From positions 5,216,001-5,280,000 of the forward strand of contig CBDBDQ010000005.1 in assembly GCA_965203905.1 (NCBI GenBank): a DNA stretch of 64,000 nt. Direction: 5' to 3'. This DNA is from Spirochaetia bacterium. GTDB taxonomy: Bacteria; Spirochaetota; Spirochaetia; SZUA-6; Bin103. Made by a program: the position numbers and the translations under genes. This document shows, piece by piece, positions 17,603-28,265 of the stretch (position 1 is its first letter; every line of letters begins with the position of its first letter). Below the pieces are notes generated by a model. That model was given only the letters and a program-made list of their open reading frames with translations, did not search any database and had not been told where the DNA came from.

Positions 17603-18734
17603 CGCGGCGGCCGTGGAGCGCCCGGCGCCGGCGGCGCAGCAGCGCCGCGCGGAACGGTGGTACGTCGCCTCGCAGTACCGGCTCATGTGGCGGCGGCTCA
17701 CCCGGCACCGCCTGGCGATCGTCGGCGGGGTGGTGCTGGCCATCCTGTACGTGGTGGCCATCTTCTGCGAGTTCATCGCGCCCTACGATCCGTCGACCAA
17801 GAACACCGAGCTGCTCACCGCCCCGCCGCAACGCATCCACTTCTTCGGCGCCGGCGGCTTCTCCCCGCGCCCGTTCGTCTACGCCTACACCGTCGGCGAG
17901 GATCCGGTCACCTGGCGCAAGATCTACGTGGAGGACACCGAGGTGCGCTTCCCGATCCGCTGGTTCGTACGCGGCGAGGATTACCGTTTCTGGGGCCTGT
18001 TCAAGACCCGGCTGCACCTGTTCGGCGTCGACGAAGGCGGCTACGTGTTCCTGCTCGGCACCGACACCCTGGGGCGCGACGTGTTCAGCCGCATCATGTA
18101 CGGCACGCGCATTTCGCTGTCGATCGGGCTGATCGGCGTCGCCCTGAGCTTCATCCTGGGCCTGACCATCGGCGGCGTCTCGGGGTACTTCGGCGGGTTC
18201 GCCGACGCCGTGGTGCAACGCAGCATCGACTTCCTGCGTTCGCTGCCGGTGCTGCCGGTGTGGATGGCACTGGCGGCGGCGCTGCCGGCCAACTGGCCGA
18301 CGATCCGGGTGTACTTCGGCATCACCGTGATCGTGTCGCTGATCGGCTGGACCGGTCTGGCGCGGGTGGTGCGCAGCAAGCTGCTGAGCCTGCGCCACGA
18401 GGACTTCGTGATGGCCGCGGTGGTGGCCGGCGCCCGCCCCGGCAAGATCATCTCCCGCCACCTGATTCCCGGCTTCCTGAGCTACGTGATCGTCAGCCTG
18501 ACGCTGGCGGTACCCAACATGATCCTGTCGGAGACGGCGCTCAGCTTTCTGGGCCTGGGGCTGCGGCCGCCGGTGGTGAGCTGGGGCGTGCTGCTGAGCG
18601 AGGCCCAGAACCTGCACGCCATCGCCCTGGCGCCGTGGCTGCTGCTGCCGGGCCTGTTCATCATCGTGGCGGTGCTGGCCTTCAGTTTCGTGGGCGACGG
18701 GCTGCGCGACGCCGCCGACCCCTACGCCACCTGA
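17592..18734 (+). CDS. ABC permease (DppC/OppC-like)
   Basis: LGTDTLGRDVFSRIMYGTRISL, GDGLRDAADP. Confidence 0.93.
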   Translation: MAADAAAVERPAPAAQQRRAERWYVASQYRLMWRRLTRHRLAIVGGVVLAILYVVAIFCEFIAPYDPSTKNTELLTAPPQRIHFFGAGGFSPRPFVYAYTVGEDPVTWRKIYVEDTEVRFPIRWFVRGEDYRFWGLFKTRLHLFGVDEGGYVFLLGTDTLGRDVFSRIMYGTRISLSIGLIGVALSFILGLTIGGVSGYFGGFADAVVQRSIDFLRSLPVLPVWMALAAALPANWPTIRVYFGITVIVSLIGWTGLARVVRSKLLSLRHEDFVMAAVVAGARPGKIISRHLIPGFLSYVIVSLTLAVPNMILSETALSFLGLGLRPPVVSWGVLLSEAQNLHAIALAPWLLLPGLFIIVAVLAFSFVGDGLRDAADPYAT

Positions 18735-18739
18735 GCTCG

Positions 18740-19519
18740 CTACGGCGGTGGGGCAATCAGGGAGTCGTTGTGGTGATAGGGGTCCTCGCCCCGCACCAGC
18801 ATCGTCCTCACCAGGTAGTCGATTCCCTTTTCCTTCAAGCCCTCGAGGTCGAACTTGACCTCGGGCGTGGTGAAGCGGAGTGAGTACGCCACCCGCGGCA
18901 GGTCGCTGGTGTTGGCGTGCGAGCCGTGCAGGGTGGCCTCGGTGAAGAAGACGCATTCGCCGGGGGCCATCTCCAGGTCGAGAGCCTTCGATTCATCCAC
19001 CTGTTCCTCTGCCAGGCCCTCGGCGAAGGCGCTCCTCTCGTCCAGTGGACGGTACTCGTCGTCGAGCCACCTGCGGTGGGATCCCGGAATCAGGCGCAGG
19101 CAGCCGTTTTCCTTGCGCGTGGGCCCGAGCGCTACCCACGCGGTCAGGTTGATGCGCGGCTGCATCGGCCAGTAGACGGCGTCCTGGTGCCAGGGGATGT
19201 ACTTCTCGTTGTGCGGTTCCTTGTACCAGAACGCCATCGCCCACAGCACGATGTCGGGACCGAGAATCTGCTCGACGTAGTCGAGAGTCCTCTCGTGGAC
19301 GCACAGGTCATAGGCCCAGCGGTGCTGCAGGTTGAAGCCTCCGGGGCGCGCATCGGTGGGGCCGGGGGCGTCTTCCGACTGTCCGATGGCCGCGAAGTAG
19401 CTCCTGCGCGCGGTGCCGGCCTCCTCCGGACCCATGACCCGTACCGGTCCGGTGTACCCTTCCGTACGATACTGCTCGCGCGAGAAGCTCTCGCCGCGTT
19501 TACTCAAGGCACCGCTCAT
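18740..19519 (-). CDS. Phytanoyl-CoA dioxygenase (PhyH) family Fe(II)/2OG dioxygenase
   Basis: WHQD...ENGCLRLIPGSH...LHGS..N.S..PR (HxD...H triad). Confidence 0.9.
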   Translation of the reverse strand: MSGALSKRGESFSREQYRTEGYTGPVRVMGPEEAGTARRSYFAAIGQSEDAPGPTDARPGGFNLQHRWAYDLCVHERTLDYVEQILGPDIVLWAMAFWYKEPHNEKYIPWHQDAVYWPMQPRINLTAWVALGPTRKENGCLRLIPGSHRRWLDDEYRPLDERSAFAEGLAEEQVDESKALDLEMAPGECVFFTEATLHGSHANTSDLPRVAYSLRFTTPEVKFDLEGLKEKGIDYLVRTMLVRGEDPYHHNDSLIAPPP

Positions 19520-21009
19520 TGGTCAAAGTACAGCGCGAACAGCTTGGCGTTCTCCAGATAGACCCTCACCTTGAGTATCCCCCGTGACTGTGAAACCATC
19601 TTGCTCTCCAGGCCCTGCCCCGAAGCGGTGCTCCCGGCAGACCGCGAATCACTCTTCCACCGTACCTGGTGGCAGACATCGTCGCCGCTGAAGGGGATAC
19701 AGTCGTCGACGCCATATCCCGGCAGCACGCGGTCGAAGGGATCCATGATCTCGACCCGGATGGAACCGCCCCGGGCATCGGCATTGAGCGACAGCTTGCG
19801 CGGATCGATACCAAGCGGCATTCCCATCCTCTTGGGGCGAACCTTGATCGCGGTGGTGGTCAGCACGCCTTCCCGCGCGGTCTTCAGACACACCAGGCGG
19901 TCCTTCCTGATCTTTGCCAGGTTGATTCCCCAACGTGCCGCTTCGCCATGCCGCGGCGGCTCGCCGTGGAGGCTGTTGCTGGCAGTGTGATACAGCCATA
20001 TCTCGTCGTCAATTATCAGTGGGGCATGCGCCGGGTACACGCTGCCGCTGTCATGGCTGCCGCGCGGGCCGCACTCCAGAATCGGCTCACGGTTGCCGGC
20101 GCGATGCCAGCTCCGTCCATACTTGGAGTAGGTAAGCTGAATATCCATGCGGTTCATCCACTCGGGCATCCAGTCCTCGATCTGGTTCTGCGCGATCCAA
20201 CTCTCGTTGAGCGTGTGAAAGACAGACAGCATACCGATACGAAAGTCGCGGTAGGGAAACGCCGTCATGCCGTAGAATTCATGATCCTGCGGCGGGTCCC
20301 GGTGATCCGGCTGCAGCACGACTCTTCGCGGGCTCCACGTCAGGTAGTCCTCACTCTCGGACATGCAGATGATGCGGACGTTGGGTCTGCCCCGCAGAAT
20401 CACGACGTAACGGCGCAGTTGCGGGTCCCAGTACGAGGCCAGATGCGTGTCGCTGCCCTCGGGGATGACCGGATTGACCCAGTGCTGAGGTATGTCCCAG
20501 TGCACGCCGTCGGCCGAATAGCCCACACAGACCGGTTGCACCATGCCGGCGAACTGCATGTGCTCGCACTGGAACATGAACAGCACCTTGTAGCGCTTGG
20601 CGGGGTCGGTCTCCAGCGGGTCCTTGATGACGCCATGCCCGGCGGCCCAGCGCAAGAATGGAAACAGGAGATTGTTCCGCTTGCTGCCCCGGTCCTCCAC
20701 GATGTTGACGATCGGCTTCTCCCAGTTCAGTCCATCCTCGGACACGGCGTAGGCCAGGGCATCGGCCTCCTGGCCACGCTCCTGCCCCAATCGGCGGCCG
20801 ACGTTGTACCACATCTTGAACAGCCCATCGTCTTCATCGCGGATCACGTTGACGTAGCTGATGCTCCAGCCGGCTTCCCATGGTTGGTCGTTCATCAGGA
20901 GTGGCTCTGGCGAAACTTTCTCGGCTGGAAGCACGCCCTTCTCCAGGCCTTCGAGGTTCTCGATGTGGCTGTCGTCGATGAACAGGCAGGCAATCTCACT
21001 GTCACTCAT
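19516..21009 (-). CDS. Five-bladed beta-propeller glycoside-hydrolase-like hypothetical protein
   Basis: LFIDD start, FKMWY, YAVSEDGLNWEKP, YSADGVHW, IQLTYSKYGRSW, L.LNADA.GG.IRVEI. Confidence 0.65.
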   Translation of the reverse strand: MSDSEIACLFIDDSHIENLEGLEKGVLPAEKVSPEPLLMNDQPWEAGWSISYVNVIRDEDDGLFKMWYNVGRRLGQERGQEADALAYAVSEDGLNWEKPIVNIVEDRGSKRNNLLFPFLRWAAGHGVIKDPLETDPAKRYKVLFMFQCEHMQFAGMVQPVCVGYSADGVHWDIPQHWVNPVIPEGSDTHLASYWDPQLRRYVVILRGRPNVRIICMSESEDYLTWSPRRVVLQPDHRDPPQDHEFYGMTAFPYRDFRIGMLSVFHTLNESWIAQNQIEDWMPEWMNRMDIQLTYSKYGRSWHRAGNREPILECGPRGSHDSGSVYPAHAPLIIDDEIWLYHTASNSLHGEPPRHGEAARWGINLAKIRKDRLVCLKTAREGVLTTTAIKVRPKRMGMPLGIDPRKLSLNADARGGSIRVEIMDPFDRVLPGYGVDDCIPFSGDDVCHQVRWKSDSRSAGSTASGQGLESKMVSQSRGILKVRVYLENAKLFALYFDQ

Positions 21010-21562
21010 CGCGGTCCTCCGTGGTTGGTTGCAGTAGGGAATACACGGCCTTCCAGCGCCGTTCATGACTGGCGTGCGTCAAGTGCGGCCTGAAGCCCAG
21101 CTTCAGATAGGTCTTGATCGCCGCCAGGCGGACGTCGTCGGTGTGCAGAAAGGTCTCCCGGTAGCCCAGTCCCTTGATGAAGAGCAGGGCTGCCAGGCTT
21201 ACCTGGTAGCCGAGCCCCCGGCCCTGGTGAGCGGGTGACACCGAGACCCAGCCGAACTCCGGCCGCGGCTCGCTGGGAGTCGGCGCGATGGCGCAGGCGG
21301 TGGCTATCGGGCGCTCCTCGAAGATGATGAAGTAGGTTCCGGCCGCGATGGCATGGCGCTCACCCTGCAGCCACCGGGTCGCCGAATCTCGATTCCACTC
21401 CCCGAGCTGGCCGGTGGCGTTCAGCGCGTGAATCCAGTCGTCGGTGCTCCGCTCCTGCAGCGTGGTCAGGCGGTAGCCGTCCGGCAGGGTAACCTGCGGC
21501 AGGCAGCGGAAGCGGTCGAAGGTCATGTCAAGCTGCGGCAGTTCGCGTTGCTGCGATGGCAT
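21002..21562 (-). CDS. GNAT N-acetyltransferase
   Basis: VSVSPAHQGRGLG acetyl-CoA motif and AIKTYLKLGF. Confidence 0.88.
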   Translation of the reverse strand: MPSQQRELPQLDMTFDRFRCLPQVTLPDGYRLTTLQERSTDDWIHALNATGQLGEWNRDSATRWLQGERHAIAAGTYFIIFEERPIATACAIAPTPSEPRPEFGWVSVSPAHQGRGLGYQVSLAALLFIKGLGYRETFLHTDDVRLAAIKTYLKLGFRPHLTHASHERRWKAVYSLLQPTTEDRDE

Positions 21563-21568
21563 GGTGCG

Positions 21569-22678
21569 TTACAGCGTAGCATACGGATCGGCCGCATCGC
21601 GGAGTCCGTCACCGACGAAGTTGAAGGCCAGGATGGCAACGACGATGAACACGCTCGGCAGCAGCAGCCAGGGCGTCTTGGCCAGCACGCTGATCTCCTG
21701 GGAACCCTTCAGCAGCACACCCCAGCTGATCGCTGGAGCCTGCAGTCCCAGGCCGATGAAGCTGAGCGCCGTTTCGCCCAGGATCATCCACGGGATGGAG
21801 AGCGTCAGCGAGGCGATGATGTAGCTGTAGAATGACGGCAACAGGTGCTTGAAGATGATGCTCGCGCGACCGGCACCGCAGATGGCCGCGGCCATTACAA
21901 AGTCCTCTTCCCGCACTGCCATGAACTTTCCGCGGACCACCCGAGCGAGGTCGGTCCAACCCACCAGCGAGAGGATGACGACAATCGAGAAGTAGACCTG
22001 GGTCATGGTCCAGAACGGAGGCAGCGCTACGCTGAGCGCCATCCACAGCGGCAGGGTCGGAATCGAGCGCGTGATCTCGATCGCGCGTTGGATGACGGTA
22101 TCGACGCGGCCGCCGTAGTATCCGGAGATTCCGCCGATGACGATACCCAGAACGAAGCTGAACGCGATCCCCACCAGACCCACCGACAACGATATCCGGC
22201 CACCATGGATGATCCGCGACACCATGTCGCGCCCCTGGCGGTCGGAGCCGAACAGGAACATCACCCCTTCCTTCACTCCGAACAGATGCAGATCGGAGTC
22301 AATCAGGCCCCACAGCTGATAGGGATCGCCGCGCACAAACAGATGAATGGGATACTGCTGCGTCATGTCGACCTGGTAGGTGCGCCGAAGGCTCTTCATA
22401 TCGAACTCCGACGTCATTCCGTACACGAACGGACGCAGATGAAAGCGCCCGTCGTGATCGACGAAGCGCACCACCTGTGGCGGGGCCGACAAGCTCTCGA
22501 CGTTGTTGCGGCGCGGATCATAGGGAGCGACGAACTCCGCGAAGGCCGCCCCCAGGTAGAAGATGGTAAGCACGACCAGGGCGGCGGTCGCCAGTTTGTG
22601 GCGGAAGAAGCGCAACCGAATGAGTCGCCATTGGGAGGCGACCAGGAGTCTCTCCTGTTCTGCTGCAGGTTTCGTCAT
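21569..22678 (-). CDS. ABC permease (DppC/OppC-like)
   Basis: FGSDRQGRDMVSRIIHGGRISL, GDGLRDAADP. Confidence 0.93.
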   Translation of the reverse strand: MTKPAAEQERLLVASQWRLIRLRFFRHKLATAALVVLTIFYLGAAFAEFVAPYDPRRNNVESLSAPPQVVRFVDHDGRFHLRPFVYGMTSEFDMKSLRRTYQVDMTQQYPIHLFVRGDPYQLWGLIDSDLHLFGVKEGVMFLFGSDRQGRDMVSRIIHGGRISLSVGLVGIAFSFVLGIVIGGISGYYGGRVDTVIQRAIEITRSIPTLPLWMALSVALPPFWTMTQVYFSIVVILSLVGWTDLARVVRGKFMAVREEDFVMAAAICGAGRASIIFKHLLPSFYSYIIASLTLSIPWMILGETALSFIGLGLQAPAISWGVLLKGSQEISVLAKTPWLLLPSVFIVVAILAFNFVGDGLRDAADPYATL

Positions 22679-22691
22679 CACCCGCCAAGCC

Positions 22692-23678
22692 TCACACGGA
22701 CTCCACCACGCGCGGATCTACCCAGGCCAGCAGGACGTCGGATATGAGCGTTCCCAGCACCGTGAGAGCGCTCAGAATGAGCACGATGCTGCTGGCCAGC
22801 AGCATGTCTTCACTGAGCAGGGAGTTCAGAAATATGGGAGCGATCGTCGGTATCCCCAACACCATCGACACCAGGAGCTCGCCGCTGATGAGCGTCGGCA
22901 GGGTCCAGCCTATGGTGCTTATCAGTGGGTTGATGGCGATTCGAAACGGATACTTGTAGAGCAACGTGCGTTCCGACAGACCCTTGGAACGCGCTACGAT
23001 CACGTAGTGCTTGCGCAATTCGTCGAGCAGCGTAGCACGCATGATCCTGATTATCCCGGCGGTGCCCGCGGTACCCACGATAAGCGCCGGCATCCACAAG
23101 TGCTTGAGCAGATCGATGACCTTGCCGATGCTCCACGGTGCCAGCGCATATTCCGCCGAGAACAGGCCGACCGCGACATTCCCGGTAGTCAGGAAGTACA
23201 CCCACAGCAACAGCAACGCAAACAGAAAGTTGGGAATGGCGAGGCCAATGAATCCGACCAGGGTGAAGAAATAATCGGTCAACGAATACTGCCGGGTAGC
23301 GGACAGCGTACCGATCGGAACACCGACCAGGTAGACGATCAGCAAGGATGCAAAGGAAAGCGTGACGCTCCACGGCAGGCGCTCCAGGATGAGGCTCTTC
23401 ACCGAGCGATTCCACTCCAGGGAGCGGCCCAGATCACCCCGCAGAACGCCCCGCAGCCACTTCAGGTACTGAATGTACATTGGCTGGTCGATACCGTAGC
23501 GGGACCTGAGCGCGACCAGCTGCGATTCATCGATCTGTTCGCCTTGGGCGGCCAACCGGGATACGTACATGCTCATGTAATCACCTGGTGGTGCCTGGAT
23601 AACCAAGAACGAGATAATTGAAATGATGAACAGGGTGAGTATCATCAACAAGAATCTGCGGAGAAGGTATCTTGACAT
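22692..23678 (-). CDS. ABC permease (DppB/OppB-like)
   Basis: IQAPPGDY, YVIVARSKG, VDPRV. Confidence 0.93.
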   Translation of the reverse strand: MSRYLLRRFLLMILTLFIISIISFLVIQAPPGDYMSMYVSRLAAQGEQIDESQLVALRSRYGIDQPMYIQYLKWLRGVLRGDLGRSLEWNRSVKSLILERLPWSVTLSFASLLIVYLVGVPIGTLSATRQYSLTDYFFTLVGFIGLAIPNFLFALLLLWVYFLTTGNVAVGLFSAEYALAPWSIGKVIDLLKHLWMPALIVGTAGTAGIIRIMRATLLDELRKHYVIVARSKGLSERTLLYKYPFRIAINPLISTIGWTLPTLISGELLVSMVLGIPTIAPIFLNSLLSEDMLLASSIVLILSALTVLGTLISDVLLAWVDPRVVESV

Positions 23679-23716
23679 CCAAGTATCAGGTCAGCAACGG
23701 TAGCACAACAGAAAGC

Positions 23717-23743
23717 GGGGGAGAAGAACGAGTCTCCTCCCCC
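23717..23743 (-). terminator. Intercistronic stem-loop after the SBP gene
   Basis: gggggag...ctccccc imperfect inverted repeat. Confidence 0.45.
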
Positions 23744-23764
23744 GGAACAGTTCCCTGGCGCAGC

Positions 23765-25711
23765 TTACTGCTTGAAGAAAAACTGGGAGGGAATCTCGTG
23801 GATGAGCTCTGCAATATGCGGCTCAGGGATGTTCATGATCGCATTGTTGAAGGCGTTGAATTGCGTTGCCCGGGACCGTTGCAGAGCGGAAAATACCCAG
23901 AAATTGTCCTCCATGATCTTCGCCATCTCCAGCGTAAGCGCTATCCGCCGGGCTTCTTCGGGCTCGCCCAGCGCTTGCTCGCGCAAAGCCATGATGCGCT
24001 TCAGGTCCGCGGGCGGCTCATCACCCTCCGCGCCCTGCGTGCGGAACCACTGACTCCACGCAGGATTGGGCACGTACCAGCTACTGATCGGTACGAAGTC
24101 TGCGTAGAACAGCGGGTTCACCGGGCGTCCGCCACGGGTCATCGCGACCATGTCGAGATCGAAGTCGCCGGTTTTCCAGGTGGGCACCAACTGTCTGCCG
24201 GTAATCGGCTTGGTCGCCAACTGGATCCCGGCATCCTTCCAATGCTCCTTGATCATCTCCGCTATCTCGACCTCTTTCGGATACCAGTTGGGAATGATGA
24301 TGGAGAGCCGCAGGCGCTCGCCATCGGGGCGCAGGCGATAGCCTTCACCGTCCCGTTCCTTGAGTCCGAGCCCGTCCAGGATCCTGGCCGCTTCTCCGGG
24401 ATTGAACTCGAGGTGCTGCTTGAACAGGTTCTCGCCATGGAACGGGGGGCCCTCCATCAGGCTGGCATTCGATACTTCGGCCAGCCCCTGATACAGGATC
24501 GCGTTGATCTCGTCCCGGTTGATGGCTATCGACAGCGCGATGCGGAATTGCTTGTCGTTGAAGAGCTCCCTCAGGATGGGGTCCTTGTGAGACATGTTGA
24601 AGCCGACGTTGGCGCGGCTCTCCGGTGGCCAGATGTAGCGCACCAGGCGATAGTTGCCCTGGTCCTGGTAGTCGACCGCGAGCGAAAACGAATCCACCCC
24701 GTACGCGTTCAAGGTGAGATAATCCGCCTCGCCGGCGAACAGCTTGAGCAGTGCGGCCTCCGGGTCGGTCACCGTGGTGCGCTCCAGGCGGTCGATGTAG
24801 GGGAGCTGCTGGCCCTCAGTGTCGACCTTGTAGTAGTACGGGTTTCGCTCCAGGATGTGGATCGGATCGGTGATCGAATTTTGCGCCAACCAGGCAGTGA
24901 TCGTAGGCCGTTCCGGCATCGCCCAGAACTCCTGCCCGCCACCCTTCTTGGCCTGGAACAGCGCCGGCCAGTTGTCCAGCCCTTCTTCCTTTATTTTTTC
25001 GTCCAGTTCATCCTTGGCAGTGTAACTGGCATGGAAGTCTTTCAGGTAGTGCTTCGGTGCGTATGGATTCGGTCTCCACCTGGCGAGAGTTTCGATGAAT
25101 ATCCCGTACGGCTCGGTAAACGAAATCTCCACGGTATGATCGTCGATCTTTTGCATTGCCCCAGCCTGGTCGGCGCGCATCATTCTTGACGGCGGAGACG
25201 GTGACAGGTCCGTATTGAGGGCGATATCGTCCCAGTAGAACAGCACGTCGTCGGCGGTGAACGGAACCCCGTCACTCCAGCGCACGCCCTTGCGCAGGTG
25301 CAGGGTGAAGCTGGTACCGTCGTCGCTCGCATCCCAGCCCTTGATCAGGTTGGGGAACAGCTCTCTCATGTCGGGGGTGTAGGCGACCATGTATTCCCAG
25401 CCGTAGCGATCGGCATAATCGGATGCGGCGGATACCAGGGCCTGGCGCCAGGTGCCGCCATACTGGCCGACTTCGTGGGCTGGTTGAATCACCAACACAT
25501 CTTCGGGAAGCCTTTCGGCAAGGGGAGGGATTTCTCCCGCGGCTACCATCGCCGCCAGCATCGGTGCTTCGCTGAAGCTGAGCGTCTTCCCGCTCATACG
25601 CTCATATTCGTCGAGGTTATGGGGAACTGCCTTTTGTTGAGCGAGCACGCCGGTTACTGCCAACAAGCTCAACAATCCGGTGAACAGTGCAACAGTCGGT
25701 TTCCGTGACAT
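23765..25711 (-). CDS. ABC transporter substrate-binding protein, family 5
   Basis: AGGAGG RBS before MSRKPTV, LRKGVRWSDG, RNPYYYKVD.EGQQLPYID. Confidence 0.93.
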   Translation of the reverse strand: MSRKPTVALFTGLLSLLAVTGVLAQQKAVPHNLDEYERMSGKTLSFSEAPMLAAMVAAGEIPPLAERLPEDVLVIQPAHEVGQYGGTWRQALVSAASDYADRYGWEYMVAYTPDMRELFPNLIKGWDASDDGTSFTLHLRKGVRWSDGVPFTADDVLFYWDDIALNTDLSPSPPSRMMRADQAGAMQKIDDHTVEISFTEPYGIFIETLARWRPNPYAPKHYLKDFHASYTAKDELDEKIKEEGLDNWPALFQAKKGGGQEFWAMPERPTITAWLAQNSITDPIHILERNPYYYKVDTEGQQLPYIDRLERTTVTDPEAALLKLFAGEADYLTLNAYGVDSFSLAVDYQDQGNYRLVRYIWPPESRANVGFNMSHKDPILRELFNDKQFRIALSIAINRDEINAILYQGLAEVSNASLMEGPPFHGENLFKQHLEFNPGEAARILDGLGLKERDGEGYRLRPDGERLRLSIIIPNWYPKEVEIAEMIKEHWKDAGIQLATKPITGRQLVPTWKTGDFDLDMVAMTRGGRPVNPLFYADFVPISSWYVPNPAWSQWFRTQGAEGDEPPADLKRIMALREQALGEPEEARRIALTLEMAKIMEDNFWVFSALQRSRATQFNAFNNAIMNIPEPHIAELIHEIPSQFFFKQ

Positions 25712-26014
25712 CTTCTCCTCCTGTGAGATTCGGTCGTATCGTCGCGAAATCGAGTCGGATAGGTTTCTCGAAATTACTTCCAAGTCAGCGCTGTAGGACT
25801 ACGACTACGGCCCTTTGGCGTTGAATCAGTCTGCTTATGATTAGGTTTTTCGGGCGTATGTCAAGGGGTGTGGGCGCCGGGCACGCCGGCCCGTAGCCGG
25901 ACGCCGTGCGGGGATGGCATAGTTGAATGGCGGCGCGCGACTCGGCACCGAGGTATGGTCACGGTGTGCTGCTCCGTGGCATGCGAGTTGGCGCGATCGT
26001 GTGGAGGATAGCCG

Positions 26015-26815
26015 ATGGCGAACAGCGGCCAGCGTCTGCACTGGTCAATCGATTACGATACCGGCGGACAGGGGCCCCACTTCGGGAACGCGCTGCGCGC
26101 TGCTCTGGGATGCTGGGCTCCCGGTACCGCGGGTGAGGCGGCCGTGCGCCGCTACGACCTGCTGCCGAACTATGCCGCCGGCTGGGGGCGCGCACGGCTG
26201 GAAGGGGGCGGGGAACTGCGCATCGGCAGTGCGGAGATCGTCCGTAGCGCCGACCCCGGCGGCGGCGCACATTACCGCGTCACCCACGACAACGCCACCA
26301 GTGGCGAACAGGTGGTGCTCGACTTCCGCACCACCGGTGATCCGCTGCCGCGGCTCACCGGCGCCTGGTCGGTGACGGCAGTCAACGGGGCCGGCGACGG
26401 GCACCGTGGGATCGAGGTCGCGGGGGCGACCGGCATGGATGCCGGCCGGCGGGTGGTGTCGCTGATGGTCAACGGTGTCGAGCTGCGCGCCGGAGAGCTC
26501 GACCCGACGCTGCCACTGACCTGCTGGTGGGCGCTGTTCGACGGGCTCCCGGCCTTTGCGGACGGCGGATCCGAGCCGGAGGCGTTCGCCCTGCTGGAGG
26601 ACCTGGAGAAGGTGCGTGTTCCGTGCACCGTCCGTGCGCTTGCGGACGGGCCGCTGGAGCTGGCCGGCCATCACCTGCGTGGATACTGCCAGCATGGCAC
26701 CGGGATGCTGCCCAGCTACTGGTGGCTGGACCACCGCGGCACGGTGTGCGTGGTGGCGAGCATGTTCCACACCCTGGTGCTGCGCGGCTTCGGCAGCGAG
26801 GCGGACGCCGCATGA
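26015..26815 (+). CDS. Hypothetical protein, translationally coupled to the sulfatase
   Basis: 266-aa ORF with GC-rich codon pattern, GGAGG upstream, and an ATGA overlap with the next gene. Confidence 0.65.
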   Translation: MANSGQRLHWSIDYDTGGQGPHFGNALRAALGCWAPGTAGEAAVRRYDLLPNYAAGWGRARLEGGGELRIGSAEIVRSADPGGGAHYRVTHDNATSGEQVVLDFRTTGDPLPRLTGAWSVTAVNGAGDGHRGIEVAGATGMDAGRRVVSLMVNGVELRAGELDPTLPLTCWWALFDGLPAFADGGSEPEAFALLEDLEKVRVPCTVRALADGPLELAGHHLRGYCQHGTGMLPSYWWLDHRGTVCVVASMFHTLVLRGFGSEADAA

Positions 26816-28260
26816 GCACCCGGCCGAACATCCTGTTCATCAACACGGACCAGCAGACCTGGGACGCGCTCTCCGCCTACGGCAACCGCTGGCTGAGCAC
26901 TCCGCACATGGACCGACTGGTGGCGTCCGGCACCTCCTTCATGCGCTCCTACTGCACCGACCCGGTGTGCGCCCCGGCACGCACCAGTTGGGCCACCGGG
27001 CGCTACACGTCCGAGGCCGGCGTGCCGTTCAACGGCGGTCATCTGCACGACGACATCCCCGACCTGGGGCAGCTCCTGCGCGCCGGCGGCTACGGCGCCT
27101 TCCACGCCGGCAAGTGGCACGTCGAAGGCCGCGACGTCACCCGCAGCTTCGACAACCTGTACTACGGGGCGCGCCGCATCGGCGCCAGCACCGGCGAGTT
27201 CTACGACCCCGCCATCACCCACGCCGCCATGCAGTTTCTGACCACCTACGACGGGGCGCGCCCCTTCTACCTGCAGCTCGCCTTCGTCAATCCGCACGAC
27301 ATCTGCCAGCACGGGCACAACTACGAGGAGAAGGTGATTCCCGACCCGGTTGCGCAGGGCATCCTGCGCGAAGAGGAGCTGCCGCCGCTGCCGGCCAACT
27401 TCGACTACGACCCGCGCGAGCCGCTGCAGCACCGCGTGATCCGGCGCGACGACGATTGCCTGATCCACTGGAAGATCCTGCGCCAGGCGCGCCGCTTCTC
27501 CGCCCTCGACTGGCGCTACTTCGCCTGGAGCCTGTACCGCTTCGTGGAGAAGGTGGACGCCGAGATCGGCCTGGTGCTCGACGCCCTGGCCGCCAGCCCC
27601 TTCCGTGACGACACCATCGTGATCTTCACCGCCGACCACGGCGAGGCGGCCGGACAGCACCAGATGTTCCAGAAGTTCACCCTCTACGAGGAGAGCGTGC
27701 GCACCCCGCTGGTGGTGGCCAGCCTCGGCGACCGGTTGCCGGTGGAAAAGGGCAGGCGGCTGCAGCACCTGGTGTCCGGCGTCGACCTGCCGGCCACCAT
27801 GTGCGACTACGCCGGCATCCCCGCTCCCCCGCGCTGCCTCGGGCGCAGCCTGCGGCCGCTGGTCGAGGGCCGCGATGCACCTTGGCGCGACGCCGTCTAC
27901 CTCGAGTCGAACTACTGGGGTAGGGCGCTGGTCACCGCCGGCCACAAGTACGTCACCGAGTACCGGCCCAAGCCGGTGGAGGATTACGTGCCTCCCGGCC
28001 CGGACAGCGCGCAGCGCGGACTGGAGCAGCTCTTCGACCTCCGGACCGACCCCGGCGAGACCCGCAACCTGGCCGCCGATCCGGACCAGGAGGCGACCCT
28101 GGCCGCGCTGCGCGCCGCGCTTGCCGCCGAGGAACGCCGCCTGGAGCGCCGCCCGCTCGCCCCCGGCCGGCCGCGGACCGTGGTCGATACGTGGGGCGCA
28201 CGCCTCCGCGAACGCTGGAAGGAGGATGCTGAAACTTCGTCTTCAGTGCCTGGAGCCTGA
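26812..28260 (+). CDS. Sulfatase (formylglycine-dependent, Cys-type)
   Basis: RPNILFINTDQ, CAPARTSWATG (CxPxR), GKWH, FTADHGE. Confidence 0.93.
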   Translation: MSTRPNILFINTDQQTWDALSAYGNRWLSTPHMDRLVASGTSFMRSYCTDPVCAPARTSWATGRYTSEAGVPFNGGHLHDDIPDLGQLLRAGGYGAFHAGKWHVEGRDVTRSFDNLYYGARRIGASTGEFYDPAITHAAMQFLTTYDGARPFYLQLAFVNPHDICQHGHNYEEKVIPDPVAQGILREEELPPLPANFDYDPREPLQHRVIRRDDDCLIHWKILRQARRFSALDWRYFAWSLYRFVEKVDAEIGLVLDALAASPFRDDTIVIFTADHGEAAGQHQMFQKFTLYEESVRTPLVVASLGDRLPVEKGRRLQHLVSGVDLPATMCDYAGIPAPPRCLGRSLRPLVEGRDAPWRDAVYLESNYWGRALVTAGHKYVTEYRPKPVEDYVPPGPDSAQRGLEQLFDLRTDPGETRNLAADPDQEATLAALRAALAAEERRLERRPLAPGRPRTVVDTWGARLRERWKEDAETSSSVPGA

Positions 28261-28265
28261 CCGGG

